A stretch of DNA of 64,000 nt from Mustelus asterias. Taxonomy: Eukaryota. Below are positions 12,831 to 26,134 of this stretch, piece by piece (position 1 is the first letter of the stretch; the number at the start of each line of letters is the position of its first letter). A program made the translations under genes and the position numbers. Location of the stretch: positions 113,522,001-113,586,000 of the forward strand of contig NC_135806.1 in the NCBI RefSeq assembly GCF_964213995.1. Reading direction: 5' to 3'. The notes below the pieces were generated by a model that was given only the letters and a program-made list of their open reading frames with translations, did not search any database and was not told the origin of the DNA.

Positions 12831-14029
12831 AATATCATAAACAAATTCTCACAGTATGGTGTTCTCTGGGTTAACTAAAACTGCTAGTTTTTCTGCCACA
12901 ATGAGTTACCATCATCTACTAATCCAGATGTTAGTATGCATGTGCTTTCATTGAGATGTTAACGGAAAAAAGATTGCATGTCAGGTAGTTATGTTCAGTG
13001 AATGTTCTAGATTAGAGACAGCCAACCTTTTTGTATGAGGGGCTACAATCTTTTCTTACTCAGGGATGGTCAGCAAATTTTGGAAAGGTACATCATTAGA
13101 TTTTTTTCTTTTAATACCTTACTTTCTCATCACAACATTTAACACCAATTTAGTGAGATATCTGGCATTGCAGCCACGACATCAAGGGGGTAGGCGATTC
13201 CTAAATGACCCAATTGCTAAACCAATTGCCCATCACAGAAATGAATCACCTCTCATTTACCGATGCATGCACAACCCAACATGGTGACTTTCTGGGGACA
13301 GATTAGATAAGATCTACTGCGCCTCAAAGCACATACGGAGACTCTGGAATTCCCTCCTTCTGTCTCTTTTAAGATTGCATATCTCAGTTTCAGGAAATAT
13401 ATAAATAAATTGTCACAGAAACCCAAATGGTGATAAATGTCACAGCATAAATGTGTTGAAGCAGATATCTGTTAATAACAGTGACTTCTCCTCTATCCTT
13501 CCCACAGCATTAGTCACTAGTTTTGCACCATATAGTCAGGTTTTCAAAGATATACAAAAACAGACTACACTATTCTGCCACATTGAAATCAAAGTCAAAG
13601 GAAATTTAGACACCAGTGTGTTTTCTCACACCAATATTAAATCTTTACCAAGACTCCTATGCAGTCAGTTGGTGCGCAATAGAGCACTCACTCATTTTAT
13701 GAAAATAATGTCTTACCAAATGACATATTTCCAAAAAATTCCCTTGAAGGCTCACAGCTTAAGGCACAGCAACATACAGACCCAACCCACGTGGACCAGG
13801 AAAATTTTACACTCAAGTGCTAACTGGCTAACATTAATTCGGCTGGAAACAAATGTGGTATAATTGGCCTCTTACTCCTGACTTAGTGAAATAAAAGAAG
13901 GAATCATTCTGCGCTTGATCACTGTTCAGTGACTGTTATTGGAAATTGCACTACAGAAGATAGGAATGGACTTGGCTGCAAGATTCTTGATGGCTGAATA
14001 TTATGTGACCCCAATCCCCAGCAGCGAGC

Positions 14030-14330
14030 CCCTCCCTTGCATCTTCTTCCACCATTCCCCAGCAGGCAGTCTCCTCCCCACTATCCCTCCACTCCAGCAG
14101 GCAGCTACCCCCACGCATCCTTTTTGCCACCCTGGCAAAGAGTCTCTCCCTCACAGCCTACCCTACCCCCACCTCCAACCACTCCCTGGCAGGCAGCCTC
14201 TCCCTCACTGCCTCTTCCCCAGCCACCTCCCAACAGGTAGCTTCTCTCCACCCTCCCCCACTCCAGCATAGCCTCTCCCTCACTGCCTCGCTTCTCCTCC
14301 ACTACTGATTCTCTGCCTCTGTTCCAGTGT
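14030..14330. repeat. Degenerate C-rich tandem repeat (CAGGCAGCCTCTCCCTCAC-like units)
   Basis: Repeated imperfect ~40-nt units; the overlapping Pro-rich ORFs are compositional. Confidence 0.5.
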
Positions 14331-15179
14331 TCAGGCCTCAGGTTGAGCACTGTCATTCACCTTCTCAATACTTGCTCCCCCAATCACAGACTGTTTCGCT
14401 CCCAGATGCTCACTGGTGCTTAGTGAAGAATCTCTTTGCAGAATCTGTCACTTCCAGTTACCTGGATTTAGAATACTGGTCTCTGGACCAGATCAAAACC
14501 CTTGGCAGATTAGACTAGCCCACAGGCCATATGTTGGATATCCCTCGGTTACACAATTTAAATATTATAAACCGTTTTTTCTCCTTCCAGGTACTGCCTA
14601 AACCGTTGTGCATCTTCAGCATTTTCTGGTGAGAAAAGATGGGTCCAGAATAGATGTAAATGACAACAGCAGAACCACTACCAGCTCTCCAAGAAAATGG
14701 GAAGAGTGGTTATGATCTGAAGTTATTGAATTCTGTTGAGGCCAGGAGGTTGTAAATTATAAAATCAAAGATTTTAGGTATTGGGTGAATACTAGGAGAA
14801 TTCCTAGGAGAATTCCCTTGCTTCTCAGAATAGTGGAATGGGACCTTTTATAACCTCAATGGGACAGTTTTGATTTTGGATCTTATCCAAAAGTTTGGCA
14901 CCTCCAACCATAGCATTCCCTCAGTGCTGCAGTGAAAGCCTAGATTTTGCGGTCAAGTCTAAGGTCAGCTCAGACTTTCAAGATTCTCCTGGAAAAGAGT
15001 TTACCAACTCCATCCCTCTCTTCAGTTACTGTCTGAGGCTAAACCAGACCATCACAACCATGGCTTCCAATCTGCCCTGAAATAAGCTTCTCATCACATA
15101 AACACTCCATCATTATCAAGGATTCAACCTCCGAAACATCACACATCCTCAACTCTGCCTCAGCTGAACTCCAAGGAAA

Positions 15180-16130
15180 TTAGGATAGTTGCCAGAGGAC
15201 TGGAGCATTGCAAATATTAGACCAATTTAAAAAGGGGAATGGGATAAACTTGACAACTACAAACCAGATGCCCAATCTTAGTGATGGGGAAACTAAGAGA
15301 ATAAACTTAAATAAACAATAAAGTTCAAAATTAATCAGTATTTGTAAAAAATGGGCTACTAAATGAAATGCACCACATCTTTATTGAAGGCAAATTGTGT
15401 TTGACTAATTTGATTGAGTTTTTTGATGAAGTAATAGAGAAGGTTGATGATGGTGCTGCGGTTAATGTTGCATATACGTCAAATGCCTTTTAAAAGCCCA
15501 AGTACCATATAATAAACTTGACAGCAAAATAAAAGTCCATGGAATTAAAAGGGGCAGTGACAGCATGAATACAAAATTGGCTAAGGTTAAAGTTTCTTCC
15601 AAGATGTACACATGCACAGTTGGACATATGGAAAAAAATTAAAAGTACTGTACATTGAAACAAACAAGTCACACTAAGGAACAGAAAGCAAGGAGGAGTG
15701 TTGAATGGTTATTTTTCAGATTGGAGCGAAGTACACAGTGGTGTTCCCCATTAGTCAGTATTTTAGGACCGGTGCTCTTAAATATTAATGCCCTGAACAT
15801 GGGTATAGAGGATATAATTTTCTAAATATCTGGGTGATGCAAAGCTCAGAAATAAAATGACAGGATAGCAACACATCAGGAGGACATAGACAAACCAGTG
15901 AAAAGGACAACAGCAGATCAAATTTAATGTAGAGAAGTGAAAGGGTTCATTTTAGTAAGAAGGAAGGGATCTAAATTGTACAATTTTGTAAAAAGGGGGT
16001 GCAGGTATAGGGAAATTTGGGGTTGTATATACAATCCCTTTGAAGGTGGCAGAATAAACTAATGGTTAAAAAGGCATATTGATCTTTGGCTTTCTTAATA
16101 GTGGAATAGAATGCAATGAAGTTATGCTAA
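15180..16130 (+). mobile_element. Old CR1 RT fragment
   Basis: Decayed 'PEDWSIANI..', 'CLTNLIEFFDEV' and 'SGVP' motifs. Confidence 0.65.
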
Positions 16131-16134
16131 AGAA

Positions 16135-18750
16135 CATAACAACATAAGAACTAGAAGCAGGAGTGGGCCATCTGGGCCCTCTAGCCTGCTCCACCATTCA
16201 ATAAGATCATGGCTGATCTTTTCATGGACTCAAGTCCACTTACTCGCCCACTCACCATAACCCTTAATTCCTTTACTGTTCAAAAATTTATCTATCCTTG
16301 CCTTAAAAACATTCAATGAAATTGCCTCAACTGCTACACTGGGCAGAGAATTCCACAGATTCACCACCCTTTGGGTGAAGTCCCTCCTCAACTCAGTCCT
16401 GAATCTGCTTCCCCTTATTTTGAGGCCATGCTCCCTAGTTCTAATTTCACCTGCCAGTGGAAACAACCTCCCTGCTTCTATCTTATCTATTCCCTTCATA
16501 ATCTTATCTGTTTCTAGAAGATCTCCCCTCATTCTCCTGAATTCCAATGAGTATAGTCCCAGTCTACTCAGTCTCTCCTCATAAGCTAATCCTCTCAATT
16601 CCAGAATCAACCTAGTGAATCTCCTCTGCACCCCCTCCAGTGCCAGTATATCCTTTCTCAAGTAAGGAGACCAAAACTGTACACAGTACTCCAGGTGTGG
16701 CCTCATCAGCAACTTATACAGTTGCAACATAAACTCCAAGCCTCTGGCAATGAAGGACAAAATTCCATTTGCCTTCTGCAGAAAATGCAGATGTATGGGA
16801 TTGGGGGTGATCTAGGAAATTGGATCAGGAATTGGCTAGCGGATAGGAAACAGAGGGTGGTGGTTGATAGTAAATATTCATCATGGAGTGCGGTTACAAG
16901 TGGTGTACCTCAGGGATCTGTTTTGGGGCCACTGCTGTTTGTAATATTTATTAATGATCTGGATGAGGGTATAGTTGGGTGGATTAGCAAATTTGCTGAT
17001 GACACCAAAGTCGGTGGTGTGGTAGACAGTGAGGAAGGGTGTCGTAGTTTGCAGGAAGACTTAGACAGGTTGCAAAGTTGGGCCGAGAGGTGGCGGATGG
17101 AGTTTAATGCGGAGAAGTGTGAGGTAATTCACTTTGGTAGGAATAACAGATGTGTTGAGTATAGGGCTAACGGGAGGACTTTGAATAGTGTGGAGGAGCA
17201 GAGGGATCTAGGTGTATGTGTGCATAGATCCCTGAAAGTTGGGAATCAAGTAGATAAGGTTGTTAAGAAGGCATATGGTGTCTTGGCGTTTATTGGTAGG
17301 GGGATTGAATTTAGGAGTCGTAGCGTTATGTTGCAACTGTACACAACTCTGGTGCGGCCGCACTTGGAGTACTGTGTGCAGTTCTGGTCCCCACATTACA
17401 GGAAGGATGTGGAGGCTTTGGAGAGGGTGCAGAGGAGGTTTACCAGGATGTTGCCTGGTATGGAGGGGAGATCCTATGAGGAGAGGCTGAGGGATTTGGG
17501 ATTGTTTTCGCTGGAAAGGCGGCGGCTAAGAGGGGATCTTATTGAAACATATAAGATGATTAGAGGTTTAGATAGGGTGGATAGTGATAGCCTTTTTCCT
17601 CTGATGGAGAAATCCAGCACGAGGGGGCATGGCTTTAAATTGAGGGGGGGTAGTTATAGAACCGATGTCAGGGGTAGGTTCTTTACCCAGAGGGTGGTGA
17701 GGGATTGGAATGCCCTGCCAGCATCAGTAGTAAATGCGCCTAGTTTGGGGGCGTTTAAGAGATCCGTAGATAGGTTCATGGACGAAAAGAAATTGGTTTA
17801 GGTTGGAGGGTCACAGTTTTTTTTTTTAACTGGTCGGTGCAACATCGTGGGCCGAAGGGCCTGTTCTGCGCTGTAATGTTCTATGTTCTATGTAATTACC
17901 TGCTGCACCTGCAAACCAACTTTTTGTGATTCATGCACAAGGACACCCAGGTCCCTCTACACAGCAGCATCCTGCAATTTTTTTCCATTTAAATAATAGT
18001 CCATTTTGCTGTTATTCCTACCAAAATGGATGACCTCACATTTACCATCATTGTACTCCATCTGCCAGACCCTTGCCCACTCACTTAGATTATCTATATC
18101 CCTTTGCAGACTTTCAGCGTCCTCTGCACGCTTTGCTCTGCCACTCATCTTAATGTCATCTGCGAATTTTGACACACTACACTTAGTCCCCAACTCCAAA
18201 TCATCTATGTAAATTGTAACCAATGCAGTCCTAACACTGACCCCTGAGGCACACCATTAGTCGCTGATGGCCAACCAGAAAAACACCCAGTTACCCTCAC
18301 TCTTTGCTTTCTGTTAGTTAACCAGTCCTCTATCCATGCTAATACATTACCCGTAACACTGTGCACCTTTATCTTACGCAGCAGCCTTTGGTGCGACACC
18401 TCATCAAATGCCTTCTGGAAATCCAGATCCACTACATCCACAGGTTCCCCATTGTCCACCGCGCACATAACGTTCTCAAAGAATTCCACCAAATTAGTCA
18501 AACATGACCTGCCTTTCATGAACCCATGCTGTGTCTTCCCAATGGGACAAATCATATCCAGATGTCTCACTATTTCTTCCTTGATGATAGATTCAAGCAT
18601 TTTCCCTATTACAGAAGCTAAGCTAACCGGCCTATAGTTACCCACCTTTTGTCTACCTCCTTTTTTAAACAGTGGCATCATATTTGCTGTTTTCCAATCC
18701 ACAGGAACCACCCCAGAGTCCAGTGAATTTTGGTAAATTACCACTAGTGC
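16135..18750 (-). mobile_element. CR1 LINE (RT to 3' end), split by a younger antisense CR1
   Basis: ORFs 18205-18798, 17957-18223 and 16230-16760 are consecutive CR1 ORF2 pieces; the sequence GCCTTC|TAATTACC resumes at ~17893. Confidence 0.9.
16777..17892 (+). mobile_element. Young 5'-truncated CR1 nested in the opposite orientation
   Basis: Open ORF to 17801 with SGVPQGSVLGP and FADDTK; (TTCTATG)n tail. Confidence 0.95.
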
Positions 18751-20310
18751 ACTAAAGCCTTGTGAAATACCTTCTGGGCTTAATTTAAATATCACCACGC
18801 TTTAGGAAAGCTGTCCAGGCTTAGTCTGCGACAACATTCACGATTTGGCTGAAAAGTAGAAAGCAACATTTGTGTCGGAGAATCTAATTATCATCCCTTG
18901 ACGGTCAATGGCATTACCATCGTTAAATTACCACCAGCAACTTCCTGAGGGTTGCCAGACCAGAAATTTAACAGGACCTACCATATAAATACATGAACAT
19001 GTCAGACGCTGGGAATAGTGCAGCAAGTATTTCCTGCAGCAACTCATCCTCTGATCTTCCCAAAGCCAGTCCACCATCTAAAAGGCACAAGAAACGTGAT
19101 AGAATATTCTCCACTTGCTTACGCGATGCATCTCCAACAACACTCAAGAAGCTTGACACCAACCAGGGCAAAGCAGCCTGCTGACTGACACCTCATCTGC
19201 CAACTTAAACATTCACTTCCTCTACCACCGGCACACAATGGCAGCAGTATGAACTATCAACAGGATGCACAGCAGCAACTCGTCAAACTTCCTTTGACAG
19301 CAACTTTCAAACCCTGTGAACTTTACCACCTAGAATGTCATGGGCAGCAGGTACATGGGAGCACCACCACATGCAATTTCATCTCCAGGCCATATTCCAT
19401 CCTACATGTAACTATGTTATCTTTCCTCCACTGTCACGGGTCAAAATTCTGGAACTCCCCAATGGCAGTGTGGTGTACTCACACCAGATGAACTGCAGAA
19501 TTCAGTTTAATTCTCTTCAGTATCCCAGCTATCCTCCAAGGAAAGATTCTATGGAGGACTTTCTAATAGTTTTTTTGCTATGTGATCCTCCAACTTTCAC
19601 CTTTTCTTTACAGACTCATGACTCAGACCTCAGCTCCTTATTTACAATATCGGTAGATATTCAACTGCCTTCACACAGCTTTCCAAGCTAACTCTGTTGA
19701 CTGCTTTCTGCCACAAAGTTCTGTGAGGACCACTATCTATTTCTTCCACTAGCTGCAAGCTACAGCAATATCTTCCAGCTGCTTATCCCTCACAACGTCC
19801 AAACAGAGATTGAGCCCCATCTGAATTCCACATGGTGAATGATGAAGTTAGTATTTTTCTGTTTAATGGGCTGGTAAATGGGATTAACAGCTCATGTGGG
19901 CCTCCCCCAATTCTGCAAGATGCAATCTACAGCACAGCAAAGCTGCAACTGCCTCTGTTTGTTACCCAAACTGAACTGCTAGCTTCTGTCAGCAAAAACA
20001 TAGTTAAATTAAACAAAAGAACCTTCTAACTAAGGCTCCAACCTGAATCACTGTCACTATGGCAACATGGCATGCTTCGAGATAGTTCAAACATAAATGT
20101 AAATGAATTATTTTACCTGAACACAACTCTTTGGTTCTGCAACCTATATGAGTAATTTCTACCTCTAATGGAGTTTTATGGCCCTCCCAGAATTTCTAAC
20201 TTTTAGCTTATTTTTTGAAGGTAACAATATACTTTACCAAGAGGTCTAGAAATGAGCCACCCATTGTTTAAGTTTTCTTTTCACCATTAACTCTGACAAT
20301 GTAGGATGAA

Positions 20311-20931
20311 CACCAAAATCCTGGTTGAGGCCGTCCTTATGTGTGTGGAACTTGGTTATCAGTCTCTGCTCAGCGACTCTGCGTTGTCATGTGTCATGAA
20401 GGCCGCCTTGGAGAATGTTTACCCAAAGATCAGAGGCCGAATGCCCGTGACCGCTGAAGTGTTCCCCAACAGGAAGAGAACACTCTTGCCTGGTGATTGT
20501 CGAGCGGTGTTCATTCATCCGTTGTCGTCATTCCGCGCACATGAGGACGGCCTCAACCAGGATCTTGGGTTCATGTCACACTATTTGTAACCCCCACAAT
20601 TTGACTGGGCTTGCAAAATCTCACTAACTGTCCTGGCTGGAGACAATACACATCTCTTCAACCTGTGCTTAACCCTCTCTCCACTCACACTGTCTGTTCC
20701 TTTAAGAATTGATTACCTGTAAAGACACGCATTCCAACCATTATTTTGTAAATTGAGTTTGTGTCTTTATATGCCCTGTTTGTGAACAGAACTCCCACTT
20801 ACCTGATGAAGGAGCAGTGCTCCGAAAGCTAGTGGCTTGTGCTACCAAATAAACCTGTTGGACTTTAACCTGGTGTTGTGAGACTTCTTACTGTGTTTAC
20901 CCCAGTCCAACGCCGGCATCTCCACGTCATG
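20311..20931 (+). mobile_element. PLE 3' fragment with an inverted endonuclease segment and a pseudo-LTR
   Basis: 20311-20530 is antisense PLE endonuclease sequence. 20530-20931 is sense (FRAHEDGLNQDLGFMSHY) and ends at the same ..CCAC(A/G)TCATG as 7658 and 12159. Confidence 0.85.
20799..20835 (+). ncRNA. Minimal hammerhead ribozyme (intact core, second subfamily)
   Basis: UUAC-CUGAUGA-A-GGAGC(AGU)GCUCC-GAAA-GC-U-A^GUGG. Confidence 0.75.
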
Positions 20932-21384
20932 TGCTATACATCCAGGGCTAACGAGTGAGTTGGCTGATTACCCTAGTCAATATCTCACCCATTGGCGAAC
21001 AGGATAGCTACTTTCACACTTGAACATCGAGTGTCTGAGTGAGATTGAAAAATGCTTAGCTCAATCGATTAGGACATTGGTCAACCAGACTTTCAAACTG
21101 AATAAATTTCCAGAAAATAATCATCAACTCATGCACTTTAACATTAGCCAAGCTATTCTCTTACAATAATCACAATTCTCATTCATCTTTCATTTCTATC
21201 AGTTTTAGAATGGGTCTTCAATTATCTTTAACATTTTAAATTTACAACCATATTTTTTGGCATGAAATCAAAACCAATGAAAAGAATGAAAAGAAAAAAA
21301 AGACTTGCATTTAAATAACACTTTTCAATTGGATGTCTCAAAGCACTTTACAGCCAATTAAGTACTTTTTGAATTTTTTTTTAA

Positions 21385-21725
21385 AATTCATTCATGGGAC
21401 AGGGGTGTTGCTGGCGGGCCAGCATTTATTGCCCAGCCCTAGTTGCCCATTGAGAGTCAACCATATTGCTGTGGCTCTGGAGTCACATATGGGCCAGACC
21501 AGGTAAGAACGGCAGATTTCCTTCCCTAAAGGACATGAGTGAACCAGATGGTTTTTCTGACAATTGACAATGGTTTTATGGTCATCAATAGATTCTTAAT
21601 TCCAGATTTTTTTTATTGAATTCAAATTCCACCATCTGCCATAGCAGAATTCGAACCAGGGTCCCCAGATCATTAACTGAGTTTCTGGATTAATAGTCTA
21701 GCGATAATACCACTAGGCCTTCGCC
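21385..21725 (-). mobile_element. SINE-like repeat with a CR1-type tail (copy 1)
   Basis: Highly similar to 22283-22620; tRNA-like B-box (GGTTCGAAT) at the 5' end on the minus strand. Confidence 0.7.
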
Positions 21726-21729
21726 GAGT

Positions 21730-22055
21730 GTAGTGTAGTCACGGTTGTAATATTAAACGTGGCAGTCAACATGCACACAGCAAACTGAGCAGTATGACAA
21801 TGATCAGATAATGTTTCTTTTTGTGATGTTGATTTGGCCATACATCAGTGATAACTCCCCTTTGACATAATTCATCCACCCGCTCAGATAGATAAGGCCT
21901 TGGCTTAAATGTCTCATCCGAAAGACAACACCTCCAACAGTGCAGCAATCCCTCACTGGAGTTTAAGCATGGATTTTTATGCTCAAATCTTGGAGTAGGG
22001 CTTGAACCTGAAACCGTGTGACTCAAAGGAAAAGTACTACCAACTGAGCCATGTG
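21730..22055 (-). mobile_element. Deu-domain SINE (SacSINE1/AmnSINE-like)
   Basis: The minus strand has a tRNA-like head (GGCTCAGTTGGTAG..GGTTCAAGCCC) and the Deu core TGCTGCACTGTTGGAGGTGTTGTCTTTCGGATGAGAC. Confidence 0.7.
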
Positions 22056-22282
22056 TGAAAAAGTGAAAAAAAGCCCTAATTTCATTATAGATTGGATCTA
22101 ACTCAAGAAAATAAAGCAATTGTCTATTCACTAAGACATAATGCCAACTTTTATGTCCTCGTTTCTCTATGCCAACAATTATGTTTTTTAAATTATGTAA
22201 ATGCCCTGAAAGAATGCACTTCCTTAAAAATTTGGATCAAACCAAGATTTAATAGTTACTTAGTACATGTTATTTAATAGTT

Positions 22283-22620
22283 ATTCGTGGGACATGGGTG
22301 CCGCTGGCTGGCCAGCATTTATTGCCCATCCATAGTTGCCCGAGGGCAGTTAAGAGTCACTTTGCTGTGACTCTGGAGTCACATGCAGGCCAGACCAGGT
22401 AAGGACGGCAGATTTTCTTTCCTAAAGGACATTACTGAAAAAGATATTTTTTTCTGACAATCGACAATGATTTCATGGTCATCAGTAAATTCTTAATTCA
22501 GGTTTTTTTTACTAAATTCAAATTCCACCATCTGCCGTGGTGGGGATTCAAACCCAGGTCCTCTGAACCTTAGCTGAGTTTCTGGATTAATAGTCTACCG
22601 ATAATACCACTTGGCCGTCG
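22283..22620 (-). mobile_element. SINE-like repeat with a CR1-type tail (copy 2)
   Basis: Similar to 21385-21725. Confidence 0.7.
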
Positions 22621-23493
22621 CCCTCCTCCCCTAGAGGGTTTCAATAGCAGACAACCTGAAGCAATGGCAGAATCAGGTGATGTTATAGGTGGAAATAAGC
22701 AATCTTAGCGTGGTGGAAAGCACATCTTAGAGTCAAATATGACACCAAATTTGTGAACAGGCTGGTTCTGTCTCTGACAGTTGACAGGGAAAAGGATGGA
22801 GTTCGTGACCAGGCATCAAATTGTGCGGCAGGGACCGAAGACAATGGCTTTGGTCTTCCGAATGTTTCTTTGGAAGAAATTGTTGCTCTCCCAGTACTGG
22901 ATGTCAGACAAGCAGTGTGACAATTTAGAGACAGTGCTGGGTTTGAGGGATGTACTGGTGATGTAGAACTAAGTGTTGTTAATTTACATGTGGAAACTGA
23001 AACTGATGCTACATTTTCAGATGATGCCATGGGGCAGTACGTAGTTAAAATATGAGGGGACCAAGGATAGATCCTCTGGGGGTAACAAAGGTAAAAGTGC
23101 AGAAGAGCAAAAAGTAGACAAGTCTCCTCTGAACTAAAAAGCATGTGTTCTTGAATTCTACTGATTTGGCAAAATTGGCCCAAGTCGGAGGCTGTATAGT
23201 TCTGAGATCCAGGTTCAGTTCTGGTATAAACAAAATGAAAAGAAAGCCACAAATTAAACGTAGATTTAAAAGGAAATACACATCTGGAGTATTGTGTCCA
23301 GTTTTAGTCTCCTTATTTGAGGAAGGATCTGGTGGCATCGGAGGAGGTTCACCAGATTGATTCCGGGGAAGAAAGGGTTGACACATGAGGAGAGATTAAA
23401 CAGTTTGGGCTTATACTTACTGGAGTTTAGAAGGATGAGTAGGAATCTGATATAAAATTTTAAAAGGGATCGATAAAGTAAATGTAGAACAAA

Positions 23494-26134
23494 TAGAACA
23501 TAGAAAAGCTACAGCACAAACAGGCCCTTCGGCCCACAAGTTGCGCCGAACGTGTCCCTACCTACTAGGCTTACCTATAACCCTCTATCTTACTAACTTC
23601 CATGAACCTATCCAAAAGTCTCTTAAAAGACCCTATCGAATCCGCCTCCACCACCACTACTGGCAGCCGATTCCACGCACCCACCACCCTCTGAGTGAAA
23701 AACTTACCCCTAACATCTCCTCTGTATCTATTCCCTAGCACCCTAAACCTGTGACCTCTTGTGGCAACCATTTCAGCCCTGGGTAAAAGCCTCCGAGAAT
23801 CCACTCTATCAATACCTCTCAACATCTTATACACCTCTATCAGGTCACCTCTCATCCTTTGCTTCTCCAAGGAGAAAAGACCTAGCTCTCTCAACCTATC
23901 TTCATAAGGCATGCCACCTAATCCAGGCAACATCCTTGTAAATCTCCTTTGCACCCTTTCTATGGCTTCCACATCCTTTCTGTAATGAGGCGACCAGAAC
24001 TGGGCACAGTACTCCAGGTGGGGTCTGACCAGGGTCCTATACAGCTGCAGCATTATCTCCCGATTTCTAAACTCAATTCCTCTTTTGATGAAGGCCAGCA
24101 TTCCATACGCCTTCTTAACCACAGCCTCTATCTGCGACTCTGCTTTGAGCGTCCTATGAACCCGGACTCCAAGATCCTTCTGATCTTCCACACTGCCAAG
24201 CGACTTACCCTTAATATTATATTCTTTCATCCTATTCGACCTGCCAAAATGAACCACCACACACTTACCTGGGTTGAAGTCCATCTGCCACTTCTCCGCC
24301 CAGTCTTGCATCTTATCTATGTCTCATTGCAACTGCTGACATCCCTCTACACTATCCACAACACCACCAACCTTTGTGTCATCAGCAAACTTGCCAACCC
24401 ATCCTTCCACTTCCTCATCCAGGTCATTTATAAAAATCACAAAGAGCAAGGGTCCCAGAACAGATCCCTGGAGCACTCCACTGGTGACCGACCTCCATGC
24501 TGAAAAAGACCCATCTATAACCACTCTTTGCCTTCTGTGGGCAAGCCAGTTCTGAATCCACAAAGCAATGTCCCCTTGTATCCCATGCCCCTTCACTTTC
24601 TCAATAAGCCTTGCATGGGGCACCTTATCAAACACCTTGCTGAAATCCATATAAACTACATCTACCGCTCTTCCTTCGTCTATGTGTCTAGTCACATCTT
24701 CAAAAAATTCAATTAGGCTCGTAAGGCATGATCTGCCTTGGACAAAGCCGTGCTGGCTATTTCTGATCATACTATTCCTCTCCAGATGTTCATAAATCCT
24801 GCCTCTCAGGATCTTCTCCATCAACTTACCAACCACTGAGGTTAGACTCACTGGTCTATAGTTTCTCGGGCTATCTCTTCTCCCTTTCTTGAATAACGGA
24901 ACCACATCCGCAATCCTCCTTTCCTCCGGAACCTCTCCCATCTCCATTGATGACGCAAAGATCATCGCCAGAGGCTCAGCAACCTCTTCCCTCGCCTCCC
25001 ACAGTAACCTGGGGTACATCCCATCCGGTCCCAGCAATTTATCTAACTTGATGCTTTTCAAAAGCTCCAACACATCCTCTTTCCTAATGTCCACATGCTT
25101 AATCTTCTCAGTCCACTGCAAGTCTGCACTGCAACTACCAAGATCCCTTTCCACTGTGAATACTGAAGTAAAGTATTCATTGAGTACCTCTGCTATTTCT
25201 ACCGGTTCTATACAGAGTTTCCCGTCACATTTGATAGGTCCTACTCCTTCACATCTTATCTTCTTGCTCTTAACATACTTGTAGAATGCCTTGGGGTTTT
25301 CCTTTATCCTGTCTGCCAAGGCCTTCTCACGACCCCGTCTTGCTCTTCTAATTTCCCTCTTAAGTTCCTTCCTACTAGTCGTATACTCTTCTAGATTTCT
25401 AACATTACCTAGCTCCCTGAACCTTTTGTAGGCTTTTCTTTTCTTCTTGACTAAGTTTGTTACAGCTTTCGTGCACCATGGTTCCTGTAACCTACCATAA
25501 CTCCCCTGTCTCATTGGAACGTTGTTGTGCAGAGCTCCAGACAAATTTTCCTTGAAAATTTGCCACATTTCTTCTGTACATTTCCCTGAGAAAACCTCCT
25601 TCCAATTTATGCCTCTAATTTCCTGCCTAATAGCCTCATAATTGCCCTTACTCCAAATAAACACTTTCCTAGCTTGACTGATCCTATCTCTCTCCAATGC
25701 TAATGTAAAGGAGATAAGAGTTATGATCACTATCCCCAAAATGCTCTCCCACTGAGAGATCTGACACCTGCCCAGGTTCATTCCCTAATACCAAATCAAG
25801 TACAGCCTCTCCTCTTGTAGGCTTATCCACATACTGTGTCAGGAAGCCCTCCTGAACACACCTAACAAACTCCTCCCCATCTAAACCCCTTAACCTAGGG
25901 ACATTCCAATCGATATTTGGGAAATTAAAATCTCCCATCATGACCACTCTTATATTATCACATCTCTCCAGGATCTGCTTCCCAATCTGCTCCTCCACAT
26001 CCCTGCTACTATTGGGCGGCCTACAGAAAACACCCAGTAAAGTTATTGACCCCTTCCTGTTGCGAATCTCCACCCACAGAGATTCCGTAGACAATCCCTC
26101 TGTGGCGTCCATCTTTTCTACAGCCGTGACACTA
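23494..26134 (-). mobile_element. 2.6-kb CR1 LINE (partial endonuclease, RT and 3' end) inserted in an older plus-strand CR1 (~23270-23493 and ~26157-26485)
   Basis: ORFs 25684-26112 (MGDFNFPNIDW, endonuclease), 24324-25781 and 23571-24311 (RT) have few disruptions; AACAAAT is present at both flanks. Confidence 0.95.
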
